Shown: positions 11,858 to 25,398 of the stretch, piece after piece
How the letters are laid out: each line of letters opens with the position of its first letter
Position numbering within the stretch: the first letter of the stretch is position 1
Notes under the pieces: model-generated
Seen by the model: the letters and a program-made list of their open reading frames with translations, nothing else
What the model was told of the DNA's origin: nothing
Databases searched by the model: none
Made by a program: the position numbers and the translations under genes
Origin: Paraspadella gotoi
Lineage: Eukaryota > Animalia > Chaetognatha
Assembly: GCA_051294375.1 (NCBI GenBank)
Contig: CM119264.1
Location: 26,632,008 to 26,696,007 of the forward strand
DNA length: 64,000 bases
Direction: 5' to 3'

Positions 11858-14800
11858 TCGCTCCTCCCTTTCTCCACTTCCCTCTAACGTTCGAGTTACG
11901 ACCCCTTTAATTGTCACGCTCGCTCTCGTACTCACGTCGTCAAAATATACATTCCGTACAGAGAATTAAAAGCGAGCCAAACTATTGGTCGAAATCCCAT
12001 CGCTCTCTGTCCCTGATTGGACCAACGCCAGGTGCCGATGATTAATATTCGCGCAACGAATATTTTCAAAGTTTAAAAAAAAAAAAAAAATAACCGGGAA
12101 TAATAAAAAGTGGTTCGAAACTATGTAAGGTAGTGAATGAAAAACACAAAAGAGACGAGGTTTAACGACACACGACCGGACGATGCTTACGAAGATGACG
12201 GACGGACGAAGACGACGACGATGCGACGAGACACGACGAAACGACGACCCGAGCGAGACGGAGCGAGTCTTAAATCAAAGTCTCAAGGAAAAAATCGGGG
12301 CCTCGGGCGTTCATTCCGATCCTAGGAGAGCGAAAATCATGCAAAAACCGCAATCAAAATAAACTGCGTGTGTCCTCCCCCTCTTCTTTTCCCCCTTCTA
12401 TCTTTTATTCTTTCTTTTTTTTTTCAGTTTTGCGTGCAGACGTGCGTGCCGAAGGTAGACGCTGCGTGCGCGGTCGGCGTGTGTTCTCGCAATCGGTTGC
12501 GTCTAAAGGTCGCGCGTTCGATGCTCAAATGGAAAATGTTTTTTTTTTTTTTTTTTTTTTTTGTGCTTAACAAACGATATCGTTGTTCCAGAAATGATGG
12601 CGGTTGGAGTTTTCCCTCTTTCTCATGCAGAGTTGCTTCGATCCATCACGAATATTTCATGCTCTTGCACGCCGACCTTCTCTTCTTTTTTTTAAAATCA
12701 TTTTCTCTCGTCCCTCTCTTTTCGATATTAACTCACTCTCTTCTCTTCCTTCCTTTTTTTCTTTTCCTTTCCTATCTTTTCCTCTCTTTTCCTCTCGCGC
12801 AATCAAACCGCGATCGGAATCTAGATGTCAATTTTATTCCGTCATCTCTCGATGGATTTTCTCTGTTGAATCGTGGAAGACCTTGTTGTTGTTGTTGTTG
12901 TTGCTGTTGTTGTTTTTGTCCGTCGTCGTCCCTGGCGTCGTCATCAGCATCATCGTCCTTGTACCCGACATCATCATCTTCCTCGAAAGGTTTCGTCGTC
13001 CTTGCATCGTCGTCGTCGGTCGTCGTCGGTCCTCGTCGTCCCTTGGTCCGAAACCCGTTTTCCCGGAAATCAGAGGTACGTCAATATGCGTCGTCGTCGT
13101 CGTCCGTCGTCGGTCGTCTTGGTCGTTGTCGTCGTCGTCCTCGCTTACCCAATTTTCGCCGAATATTGTCCCGAGCGAGTGACATCATCTCGCCGCGAGG
13201 TTTTTCAATAAATCTCTCCAAATCTTTCAAAAAATCCCTCCAAATCTCTTCAAATCCTCGAGGTGCCCCCCCCCCTAAAAAATAGAGAGAGATCTTCACG
13301 ATTCAATGAAAAATTATTGTCATTTCCTCGCGGTTGACGCCTCGAGGTCAAATGAAGGATTTAGGGATTCAATCGAGTGGTTAGTTGTTAAAAAAGGATA
13401 ATCCTGTCATTTATTTACGCAAAACCAGAAAAGGGCACATTAAAAAAAAACGATGCTAAACTTAACTTTGGAATTCCGACGATGAGGTCAAACATGGAAA
13501 GTTACATGAGTTTTTGACGCGTCTTTAACTGACCTTTTTTCTCAGTCACTGTTCACATTAAATTGTTCGTGTGGCGCCAAAAATAAGTGACTTCTTTTAC
13601 TTTTACTTTTTCTCTTCACACACGATCACGAGTTCTTTGTTTTGTGAGACGCCAAGTTCCTCTTAAAGGGCCATGTCACTTTGGCCGTCGTCGTCGTCAT
13701 CGTCGTCGTCGTCGCCATCGTCGTCGTCGCCCATTTCGTTGTCGTTGTTTGATTGTTTTTTCAGGTATTTACTTTCCGATCACGTTCTGGGACTGCTCGG
13801 TCCTTTTGCGGTCTTAAGCTTCGCTTTTCCTCTTATGTCTCCTTTGGGCGTCTTTTCTTCTTTATCTTTTTAGTCTCTTCGTCGGGATAAGGACATTATT
13901 CCGTTTTTTTTCTCCTTTTTTTGTCCTTTTTTTTTATTCCTTTATCTCTTTCTCTGACTGTCTTAGTTCTTTTTTTTTCTTATTTTCAGTGTTTTGGGCG
14001 TTAAGTTTTTTCTTTGTTTGTTACCTTTGTTTTTTTTTATCTTTTTAAACTTTTTTTTTAAATTATTCTATTATCTCTTCCTTTCTATTTTTCTTTTTTA
14101 CTTTGTTAACTGTTTTTTGTCTTGAGAGGCTTTTTTGTTTCTCTCCTCCTTACTGTGTTTTTTCTATCTTTTTTTTTTGAGACCGTCTTATTATCTTTTC
14201 ATATTTTTTCTTTCTTTTCTTTCCCTTTTTTCTCCTTTCTTTTTTTTTCATACTCAATTCTCATTTCGTCTTCTTCTTACTCATTTAATCCCTTCCCTCT
14301 TTCCCTTCTTTGCTATTTTCCCTCCCTGTCCGATCGCATTACTCAATGGCGCGTCTCTATGATCACCTGAAAAATATTAACTCGTTGGGAGAAAAAAAAG
14401 AAGAAAAAAAGAAAGAATAAATCCCTTCCTACGATGAACGACGCACCCAACATAATTCGATTTACATAAAATGAAAGATAAAAAAAAGAAAAGGAAAAAA
14501 AAANNNNNNNNNNNNNNNNNNNNNNNNNNNNNNNNNNNNNNNNNNNNNNNNNNNNNNNNNNNNNNNNNNNNNNNNNNNNNNNNNNNNNNNNNNNNNNNNN
14601 NNNNNNNNNNNNNNNNNNNNNNNNNNNNNNNNNNNNNNNNNNNNNNNNNNNNNNNNNNNNNNNNNNNNNNNNNNNNNNNNNNNNTTGCCTTTAACGTATA
14701 TTTTTTTAGTGGCCCGAAGAGACCCGTTAATTCGAGGTTGTATTTTGAATCGTTCGCGAACGAGTTTCTTTGACTGTCTGTCTGTCTCTCTGTCTCTTCT

Positions 14801-15106
14801 CTTTTTCCGTCTTTCTGTCTGACTCTCCGTTTTTCCGGCTGCCCCTATGCTTCATATGTCGCTATTTCCTATTCCCTTATACTTATGAAAACTCTCATAT
14901 CACATTCACACACTTACACGTACACACACCCACACACACACACTCAATCTCACACACCCACTTGCATTTGCCCAGATAAAAAAAAACCGGAAAAGTCTCA
15001 CGTGAATCGTTTCACGGTTTTGGAGCGAGATGGGCTTTTGCGCTCGCGCGCGGGCGCCGTTCCCTCAACGCACGTGAGCCTCATACGGACCATAACCTCG
15101 GTCGGC

Positions 15107-15258
15107 CCCGGATGTAAGAACGAATCCGAACTACCCCGGATGTCGGAGCAAAAAATTCTAAAAGGTCTGTATGTAATATCTGAGTCCCGGATGTAGTAGC
15201 AGGGCCAAAGAAAACCCGGATGACGCGGCTGAGAGTAGATGTCCCGGATGTAGTTAGC
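15107..15258. repeat. Array of five CCCGGATG(T) motifs with mostly dissimilar spacers
   Basis: Motif starts at 15107, 15135, 15186, 15215 and 15243 (spacing 28, 51, 29, 28). Confidence 0.75.
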
Positions 15259-15371
15259 GAGACGGGTGTTTTTCGGAGCAAAGTTATGGACGATAAAAAT
15301 CCTTGTAACTCGTTTAAGATGAAATTCTAGGCTGAAGACGACGACGAGATTATGAGATCGACGGAAAGAGG

Positions 15372-15373
15372 GA

Positions 15374-15441
<68 letters not shown>

Positions 15442-15443
15442 AA
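15372..15443. repeat. (GAAA)n microsatellite
   Basis: Seen directly. Confidence 0.95.
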
Positions 15444-16365
15444 TAAAGAAATAAAGATATAAAGAAATAAATAAAAATAGAAAGAAAAATAAAAGAAAGA
15501 AAGGAAGCAAAATAGAAAAATAGAAAGAAAGAACAGAAAGAATAGAAAGGAAAAAGAAAAGCAAATAAGCAAGTAACTAAATATGCTCCTAACTATGTAG
15601 ACTGTTGTGATTATTTAGATAAAACAATTTGTTTTGAAAAAAAAAAACAAGCAAATAAACATCGCGACTACGAACGAGAGAGAGAGAGAGAATAAGTTAG
15701 AAAAGGTAAAAAGGAGCGATGAGGGAGGAAAGTAAAAAAAGAAAAGATGCGAAATGCGTTTCTATTCTTCCCGGTTTTTTTTTTTCCTTATTGAGTTAGC
15801 GACCAGGCGGAACCAGGATTGGCTCGGGATGGAAGGACGAGTTGATTATGAGGAAGAAGGGAGGAGGAAGAAGGGAGCATGGAGGAAGAACGAGAAGGGG
15901 AGATGGAAAATAACAGAGAAGTAATAAGGATTTGAGGAAATGGAAGAATAGGGAACAATTGGATAGCGGAGAAAAGTAGAACGGAGCAACAGAATTTGAA
16001 AATGAAAAATAAAATTTTATGAGGAAAGATTTTACAATTGTATGAGTCCATGTTAATTTCTGGAAATATATTTTTGGTTGACTGTTTTTCAAAAGGAAAA
16101 TGTACGCTGTAACATATTAATATATTATTATATTACTTATTAAAATATAGTTTTAATGTATTGAATATTATGGGGCCAGTAAAAGACCCAGAAACATGGA
16201 ATGGGATCGAAACATGGGCCCGAAATAGAGAGCAGTAGTTCCGTCTAGAGACTAGAGTTGGTTTCGGATGAAGGAGAAACAGAAAATACGAAACAGAAAA
16301 TACGAAACGAGGCGAAGAGAATAAAAGCTGAGGTGAAGACGGACGAAGAGATTTTCGCGACGGGT

Positions 16366-16398
<33 letters not shown>

Positions 16399-17109
16399 CA
16401 GAGTGAGACAGAGAGAGAAAGAGAGAGGTTTTGAAAAATTTCTTACATGACATATATATAATTTCTTTAATTGTGCGAGTGATCTAAAGATATATTATCA
16501 TTCGATTGGCAAGGGTGACCTAGAAAATAAATCTGAATTCATTGCAATGACAAAAGATATTGTAAAATAAATAAAACTATTGCGTGTCAGGTTCTATGAA
16601 AGTATTTTTACGCCCTGGACGAATTCTCCGGCGACATCTGCCGGAATATACGTGCGCGAATTGCGTTGTTATTCTTTTCCTTTTGTACGTAGTTGTTGTC
16701 TTTGCTGATTCAAATCTGTCCCGCAAGGAATTCTCATCGGAGTTCGTCGTCGTCGCCGCGGCGTCGGCGTCGGCGCGTCGACGCGTCGGCGTCGGTTTGC
16801 ACGCCGCTTAGCGCGTCGGCGCGTGCGCTTCACGTGCGTCGGCACGCGCGTTCGCGTCCGGAAGCGTCGAGCGAAATAAATGGATTCGACGCAGGAATTT
16901 ATTGAAAAGGGGAAAAAAGGACGGAGATGGGAAGAGAGAGGGAGAGAGAGGAAAAGAGGGAGAGGGAGAAAGGGGAAAAGGGGAGGATGAGGGAGAGAGG
17001 GAATGGAGAGGGAGTGGGAAGAAATGAGACGAGGAATTATATAGGAAGGTAAAGGTAAAGGTAAGAAGGAAAGTTACAAATGTGTTGACATATTTATTTG
17101 AAATAAGAC

Positions 17110-17204
17110 TAAGATAAGATAAGATAAGATAAGATAAGATAAGATAAGATAAGATAAGATAAGATAAGATAAGATAAGATAAGATAAGATAAGAATAAGA
17201 TAAG
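17110..17204. repeat. (TAAGA)n pentanucleotide microsatellite
   Basis: Seen directly, about 18 units. Confidence 0.97.
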
Positions 17205-19999
17205 TCTCTTCCACGAAAGTGGATTTAAAGAAAAGGCACCAATTGTTTCAGTTTCTCTCGACATTTTCTCACCGCAGAATCGATTCCAAGGAAAACATTT
17301 CAATTCTGAAGAAGTCGCAATCAACGGGAAATTCTCGTCCTTCTTTCTTTCTTTCTCCCTTCTTTCTTCTTTCTTTCTTTCTTTTCTTTCTTTTCTTTCT
17401 TTCTTTCTTCTTTCTTTCTTTATTTCTTCTTTTTCTTTCTTTCTTTCTTTTTTCATCCTCTTGTCTCTAAGGTTACCTTTTTTTTCTTTCCTATATTTGT
17501 TTTTTACAATTTTCTTCTTTTCTTTCTTTCTTTTTTTTCCCATTTTCCATCCCCGATTCGTCGCCGGCGAAAATTTAAAGGAATCGTTTCTGATTTTCGA
17601 CTCTCGNNNNNNNNNNNNNNNNNNNNNNNNNNNNNNNNNNNNNNNNNNNNNNNNNNNNNNNNNNNNNNNNNNNNNNNNNNNNNNNNNNNNNNNNNNNNNN
17701 NNNNNNNNNNNNNNNNNNNNNNNNNNNNNNNNNNNNNNNNNNNNNNNNNNNNNNNNNNNNNNNNNNNNNNNNNNNNNNNNNNTCTCTCTCATTGTTTTCG
17801 TCGAGACCTTTTAGCGAATCACACGGTCTAATGATTTTATTGCAAGAGACTTTGGGTTCTTCGCTCAGTGGCCATTGTTGACGACGACGACGACTACGAC
17901 GACGACGACGACGACGAGTCATTTCTTCTCTTTGCCTTTTGTTTATTATATTTGTTTTTTATTCGCAGTCCACCGACCGACGCGCCGCTCGACGGGGATG
18001 AAAAATCATTCCCTCTCTCTTTATTCGCGGTCCTCGCTCCTCGTCCATCACCCTTAGTCTCTCTCTTCAGCCCACACAGCTCCACTCTGTCCCCCACATC
18101 TCCACTCTGTCTCACTCCCTCCCTCTTTGTCCCCTTCTCCCCCCTTCTCTCAACCACCCCTCTGTTTCGTCCCCTCGCTTCCCCCCCCTCCCCAACAAAG
18201 CGGCTACAATGGAAAATAACATAAAGACGAGATTTAAGGGGAGGGTGGGCCTTGCGGGCGCCATCGAGTCGATCTCATTTCGCAATAAAAAAAAAACTTC
18301 CTCTATTTTCTTTTTATTTTCCTTATTTTTTTTTTTATTCATCCCTTCACCTTTTTTGTTCCGCTTTTGATTATTCGGGTTTCAACTTTGAATTCGATTC
18401 CATCGAATTTAAATGAGGGTCGAGCTTTTTTTTCGAGGGAGGTTGCCGATCGGTTGACAGGGATGACGGGCGTTTTTTTTAGGCGGATTAAGCCGATCGG
18501 GAAAGTATCTGATAGAGAGAGGCTAAAGAGAGCCAGACGGGTTTCGGGTGTTTTAAAAACAGTTAATAGATGTTAGGGTTTCGCAAAAGATTCTGCTGGT
18601 AAGTAGTCAAAGAGTGCCAGTTTTCAACAATTCAAAAATAAATAAATAAATAAATAAAACAAAGCCCTGTTTATTTTTGTATAAAACTTGATAATTCTAC
18701 CTAAAACGCTAAACGTTTTCCGCCTTAATCTTTTCATTTTGATTAAAATAGCAACCAAAAAAAGTCTTCCCTACTTTTTTTCTATTACCTCGTTTTATAT
18801 CGCTCGCCTTTTCTTCAGCCCCGTTTCCCTTCTGCCCTAAAAAATACCTCGTCAATTCTATTTTCCTTTTTGTCCTTTTTTTCCTTTTTTTTCCTTTCTT
18901 TTCCTCCTTTGAAAATCGGTTCGGCATCCGGTTTACGAGCCTTTTTTTCTGGCGACCGCGGGTCGGACGCCGGGTGGGACTGGGTAGGGATGGGTGAGGC
19001 TGGGTGAGGCTCTTGTTTGAATTTTAGATTTTTTTTTGGTCGAACTGACATTGAGATGTAATAAAGGAGGGTATGATGGGTAAGTTAAATTGATATCAAT
19101 CATTGTATATCCTTAATCTATCAGAAATAACCAAATATCTTAGTTTTGTGACGAGTTCGAACCCGCTTTGCATTATTTTTTAGTAGCCATTTAAAAAAAA
19201 CCCAACGGGATTTTGCTTTTTGAATAAAGATAAAAATTCGTCTCCAGATGCCATACATTTTTTTTCTCCGTAACACCCCACAGTTTTTCGGAATGTTCCA
19301 TAGTTTTTATTCAAATTTCTCACAGTGCGACGAAACAGTGTGACCTCGAGACACCTCCATTTACTGCCAGATGTCATATGAGACAAAAATGCCTTTTTTC
19401 ATCTACAATCGTTAGTCGCCTCCGGAAAAGTTGGACATTTAGAGTCTAAAATCTAAAATGGAAATCCACGCGGGATTCTTTCTTTTTTTTGTTTTGTTTC
19501 CTTTTGTTTCTTTTGTTTTTTGTTTCTTGTTTTAAAAAAAGTTGAATGGATATTCGGGATGGGTGGTCCTTTCGAGTTGAAGAGTTCGCTCACAAAAGTC
19601 TATAATCTATCATGACAAGTTTTACCTAACAAGGAAGTTTACGAAGAAGGTTATTTTTTTTTGTCTACGTTTAATTAAAGGTTACTTCCACGAGATCGAA
19701 TAATTAATTAATCACTTAAGTAAATGAATAGTAAAGTTTTCTTATTTTTTTATCTTCTTTTGCTATTTCCATCTCTTTTCTTTCGTTGTTTCTTTCCATC
19801 TTTCCCTCTTTCCTTTTCCACCTCTCACTCTCTCTCTGTTATTTTTAATCAATCACCCTTTAGTCGTTTCCATTCTGCCCCAAAAGCGAATGAGAATCAG
19901 ACCGCACAAAGGAATTCTGCCGACTCCACTCTCTGATGTACAAAGATTTAAAAATTCAAGAATTAATTATCTCGCTCCACGCGTGAGGGAAAGATATAA

Positions 20000-20037
<38 letters not shown>

Positions 20038-20126
20038 CTGGGATTGGTTTGAATTGAAACGATCACTGTGGGAACGAAGGGAAAGACCAAAGACCCCGAA
20101 TATATGAAACGAAAGTTGAAAGGGAA

Positions 20127-20205
20127 TTTGGCGCCCAGTTGAAAATTGGGGCGGCGCCTCTGATACCATTTGGTGCCCAGTTGAAAATAGGGGCGGGGCC
20201 TCTGA
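20127..20205. repeat. 42-bp tandem duplication (atttggYgcccagttgaaaatWggggcggSgcctctgat)
   Basis: Two near-identical units seen directly. Confidence 0.85.
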
Positions 20206-21394
20206 TTGAAGTCGGAGCGGTGGTTCTGATTGCAGAACGTGGGGTCGCTCCAGTGTCAAGGGATGACCTTAACTGATAGCAGGTGGAGCAATCTCTCCGA
20301 TAGAATCCATCGTCTGGTTTCCTTTTTTTCCCTTTACACATTTCAAGGTGCAAAAAAGCAGAAAGCGAAAATTGCTCTTTTATTCTTGGAACGACGAGGA
20401 TTCCATCGAAGCCTCAGCGAAAATGGAATCAGTTTAACGACGACTTTTTTCGTAATGACGGAAAAAAAGGGAGAAAAAATGTTAATCGTTTCGCGTCGGA
20501 GGAAAAAAAAACCNNNNNNNNNNNNNNNNNNNNNNNNNNNNNNNNNNNNNNNNNNNNNNNNNNNNNNNNNNNNNNNNNNNNNNNNNNNNNNNNNNNNNNN
20601 NNNNNNNNNNNNNNNNNNNNNNNNNNNNNNNNNNNNNNNNNNNNNNNNNNNNNNNNNNNNNNNNNNNNNNNNNNNNNNNNNNNNNNNNNNNNNNNNNNNN
20701 NNNNNNNNNNNNNNNNNNNNNNNNNNNNNNNNNNNNNNNNNNNNNNNNNNNNNNNNNNNNNNNNNNNNNNNNNNNNNNNNNNNNNNNNNNNNNNNNNNNN
20801 NNNNNNNNNNNNNNNNNNNNNNNNNNNNNNNGTACAAACAAAATGTAGCAAACACCCTAACAGATTTTCTCGCTATGAAATTTAGCATAGCGACTTTTAT
20901 ATAAAATAAGTGAATGAGTTCATTGTTTAGAAAGTCTTTTTAACAACGAAAAAGTTTAAGACGTTCAGCTTTTTTCACTATTGACTTTTATTTTTAATAC
21001 TAATAAAAAGTGACACACGAATTAAGGTCAACTGATAATATATTTTTTTTTAAATATGTTAATTGCTTAAAAAATAGTAAAAATTCCTGAGGATCTCAAA
21101 TGAATCCAGGCTGGAAATAAAAGCAGTCGTAAAATCGTGAAAACGATTGTAAATGAGATTTTTACTCTGCGTCATCCTAAATTTTTTTGTCTTTTTTACA
21201 ATCTAACGATAATTTTTTTGAGATTAACATTTTCTACGCAGCGAGTAATTGACGGTTAATCGTCGGATCGCTCGTTAAACTCGGATTAAAACGAGTCCCA
21301 AAATACGCCATGTTGTTGTTGTTGTTGTCGTTGTAGTTGTCGTCGTCGGCGGCGGCGGCGGTAGCGGAGTCAGCAGCGGCGGCGGCGGCGGCGG

Positions 21395-21425
<31 letters not shown>

Positions 21426-23289
21426 GGACGTTTTATCGCCAAATCTTTTCGCCATCCAAAGCGAATTTAGTGCCGTTTATGCCGCCCGACTGAGGGCGCT
21501 GTGATAGCGAGGATGACGACGACGATGACGACGACGAACATCTATCGACGACGGCGATGTTGACGATGACGAAGATGACGATAACGACGATAACGACGAC
21601 GACGTCTAGGGCTAAATCATGTCGACGCTTTTTTTTTTAATCTAATGAATCTTTTATGTAGATTTTATTCTCCAGTTAAGAACGGGGTTGACTAATTAAC
21701 GCCCTCTGTCTCTGTCGCGCTCAGCGTGCGCGTGTGGCACTCTCTCTCTCTCTTTCTCTCNNNNNNNNNNNNNNNNNNNNNNNNNNNNNNNNNNNNNNNN
21801 NNNNNNNNNNNNNNNNNNNNNNNNNNNNNNNNNNNNNNNNNNNNNNNNNNNNNNNNNNNNNNNNNNNNNNNNNNNNNNNNNNNNNNNNNNNNNNNNNNNN
21901 NNNNNCTCTCTTTTCGCGCCTCACATTCTCTCTCTCTTTCTCTCTCTTTCTCTCTCTCTTTCGCTCTCTGTTTTTCTCTCACATCATTCCTCTTCTCACA
22001 TACACGTACCTCTCATTCCGTCTCTGTCTCTTCCATTCATCCAGTACCCGCTAGAGACGTAGACGTTTCCCTTTTCTTTTTTATTTATGTTTTCTTTTTC
22101 TTTTTTTTTTNNNNNNNNNNNNNNNNNNNNNNNNNNNNNNNNNNNNNNNNNNNNNNNNNNNNNNNNNNNNNNNNNNNNNNNNNNNNNNNNNNNNNNNNNN
22201 NNNNNNNNNNNNNNNNNNNNNNNNNNNNNNNNNNNNNNNNNNNNNNNNNNNNNNNNNNNNNNNNNNNNNNNNNNNNTCTCTCTCTCTCTCTCTCAAATAT
22301 CGTTAGGGTATCATCACTCTTAGTAATTAGGTAATAAAACGTGTTAAACCTTCTGTTATCTTTCTTTCGTAAGGGAATTTTTTCTGACATTTCGAAATTT
22401 CTCCTTCGCTATTCGGTTTTTAAATCTTAATTTCCAGTTTAGCCGCGTCAGTCGTGAAGATTCTTTGTTCCCAGGTCACAATTTTGTGACCTGTTAAAAA
22501 AAGAACACAGAAATATATATTTCTTATTTTTGAAATGATAATACAATAAAAAACTAAAACTAACTAAATAAAAACATTAAATAACATTTTAGTAAACTTT
22601 TTTTTCGTTCGTTCGTTCGTTCCTTCAATTGTTCATTCATTGGTTTGTTCATAGGTCCGATATTAAGTCCGTTCGTCCATCCGTCAGTCCGTTTTTCCAG
22701 CCACGTCCCTCTTTCTCTTCTCCTTTTAAATTCAATAAAATTTAGATTCATCGGCGCTAAAATCATCAGCGCAAATTGCAGAAGACAGAAAGTCGAAAAC
22801 CTCATTACTTTCGATTCGAGTGATCGACAGATATACGTTTTTTTGTCGAGGCTCGTTCTCCATAAGAATAAATAAATATCGCGATGATGAGTTATGTACA
22901 TCTACGACTGCGGAAACATATTTTAATTATTTCCTTAAAACGGAAACTCGGCCTAAAATGTTTTTTCTTTCTTTATTACCTCACCTCAATGATTTTTGCT
23001 CTTTGGAGATTTTTGTTTTCGTGTGTCNNNNNNNNNNNNNNNNNNNNNNNNNNNNNNNNNNNNNNNNNNNNNNNNNNNNNNNNNNNNNNNNNNNNNNNNN
23101 NNNNNNNNNNNNNNNNNNNNNNNNNNNNNNNNNNNNNNNNNNNNNNNNNNNNNNNNNNNNNNNNNNNNNNNNNNNNNNNNNNNNNNNNNNNNNNNCTTTC
23201 TCACCGCTGCGCGACAATTAACCCTCAACCGTCGATTCCTTTATTTCCAATCGAGACAGAGACTACGGGCAGCATTGGTGGCAGTTTTA

Positions 23290-23450
23290 GCAGTAGTGGC
23301 AGTAGTGGCATTAGTATCAGTTGTAGCACTAGTGACAGTAGTGGCATTAGTGTCAGTTGTAGCAATAGTGGCAGTAGTGGCATTAGTGTCAGTTGTAGCA
23401 CTAGTGGCAGTAGTGGCATTAATGTCAGTTGTAGCAATAGTGGTAGTAGT
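23290..23450. repeat. 36-bp minisatellite, ~4.5 copies
   Basis: Unit approximately AGCACTAGTGGCAGTAGTGGCATTAGTGTCAGTTGT; copies differ by substitutions only. Confidence 0.93.
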
Positions 23451-23977
23451 GATATGGTAAGGGTGTTCGACGATTGAGTGTTAGAAACGAAGATGAGATG
23501 CATAACGGCGGAGTGGAGGTGCAACGGTTGGTGGGGGAGGGAGGGAAGCGTCCGTAGATGGCGGTGGAATCGTTTCAGGTGCAAACCAGGTGTAACCTTG
23601 AAACTAAACGAGGTTTTTATGCGCCGCTTTTGAACCCAAGCGAACGGACGGCGAACGAGCGGCGAACGAGCGGCGAACGGGAGTTTTAACGGAAGGGAAC
23701 GATCCTCGCTTAGTTTTGTGATGCTTTTGTAATTTACGTCTTATGCGTTGGAGTCCGTATTGGACGCTTCTTTTTTAACTAATACTACTACTAAATACTA
23801 AATAGTAAATACGAAATCAGTTTCTGGACAAACGAAATAAAAACAATTAGTTTTTAGAGAACATATACACTGAACGTGAATAGTTTCTCTGTTAATTCAC
23901 GGAAATAAATTCGGATCCTTAGATTTTAATACTGAAACTGAAAAAACAAGCAAAAAGAAACCGAACTTATGATGATA

Positions 23978-24012
<35 letters not shown>

Positions 24013-25360
24013 GGTAGGACCGACGGGCCGTCGACGTCGACCCCCGCGACGGCCATTAGATCCTCCAGCCACGCCCACCATTGTCGCCCGACTTTTTAAT
24101 GGTCACTTTTCTCTTTTTCATCTCCTCTCTCTCCTTACCAGTCGCCTCCTCTCCCTATTTCGCCCTTACCTTCCTAATTTATTCAGCAGATGATAGGGTG
24201 AGTCGTCGTCTTCCGTTATAGTTTTGATATTTGGAGTCGAATGTTTCAATTTTGTGAAGCTTAAAGCGAAAATAATTGTTTCGTCTTCCTTCGTTATTTA
24301 TTTGAAGAAGATAACCTTTTTTTTCCGGGGAATTCAAACAAAAAAGGATTACAAATGAATACGGCGACTCTTTTTTGTAAAAAACGGAGTAGAAATATTC
24401 AATTATGAAACAAGTGGAAAATGAAACTAATTGTCTTTATGGCTATTCTAAACAAAACTAATTACAAAAAAGCTAAATGCATTCCTAACATTAAAACTAT
24501 GGCAATGGTTATCAGCTCTCTCAAAGTAGAATTAAAATCTTAATAAGGATATAACTACGGATGTCGTTGGAGTTTTCTTATCACCTTCACGCGACAAGTC
24601 ACGTGAACTGNNNNNNNNNNNNNNNNNNNNNNNNNNNNNNNNNNNNNNNNNNNNNNNNNNNNNNNNNNNNNNNNNNNNNNNNNNNNNNNNNNNNNNNNNN
24701 NNNNNNNNNNNNNNNNNNNNNNNNNNNNNNNNNNNNNNNNNNNNNNNNNNNNNNNNNNNNNNNNNNNNNNNNNNNNNNNNNNNNNNNNNNNNNNNNNNNN
24801 NNNNNNNNNNNNNNNNNNNNNNNNNNNNNNNNNNNNNNNNNNNNNNNNNNNNNNNNNNNNNNNNNNNNNNNNNNNNNNNNNNNNNNNNNNNNNNNNNNNN
24901 NNNNNNNNNNNNNNNNNNNNNNNNNNNNNNNNNNNNNNNNNNNNNNNNNNNNNNNNNNNNNNNNNNNNNNNNNNNNNNNNNNNNNNNNNNNNNNNNNNNN
25001 NNNNNNNNNNNNNNNNNNNNNNNNNNNNNNNNNNNNNNNNNNNNNNNNNNNNNNNNNNNNNNNNNNNNNNNNNNNGCTTCTCTCTTCACGTCGCGCCCGG
25101 ATCTCTCACGATAACAGGTAAGTCCCTCTCGCGGGGAAATTAAAATTCTCCTGAATAGGAATTCACACTTTTTCCTCCCTTACTCCCTTTTACTTTCTTT
25201 TTTCTTTCTTTCTTTCTTTCTTTCTCTCTCTTTTCGCAGTTTTCTCCCTTTATTTTTTTTCGCTCTTTTTGTTTAAAAATTTTCCATGCTTCGTTTATGC
25301 AAATTAGGACACGGTAGAAGGGTTTTTTATTTTGAACGTAAACTTCGGTTAATACACATA

Positions 25361-25398
<38 letters not shown>

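Noticed and set aside
12368-13285. 305-aa ORF
   Set aside because: Made of poly-F, poly-C and poly-S tracts from T-runs and (GTT)/(GTC) microsatellites; overlapping frames are equally open.
19150-19170. tRNA B-box-like GAGTTCGAACCC
   Set aside because: No A-box or cloverleaf upstream.
21234-21455. Poly-Ala/poly-Asn ORF resembling a transcription-factor exon
   Set aside because: It derives from (GGC)n and (GTT)n microsatellites; no domain or splice support.
22472-22493. Palindrome CAGGTCACAA-tt-TTGTGACCTG as a nuclear-receptor element
   Set aside because: A single short palindrome with no linked gene; not distinguishable from chance without data.
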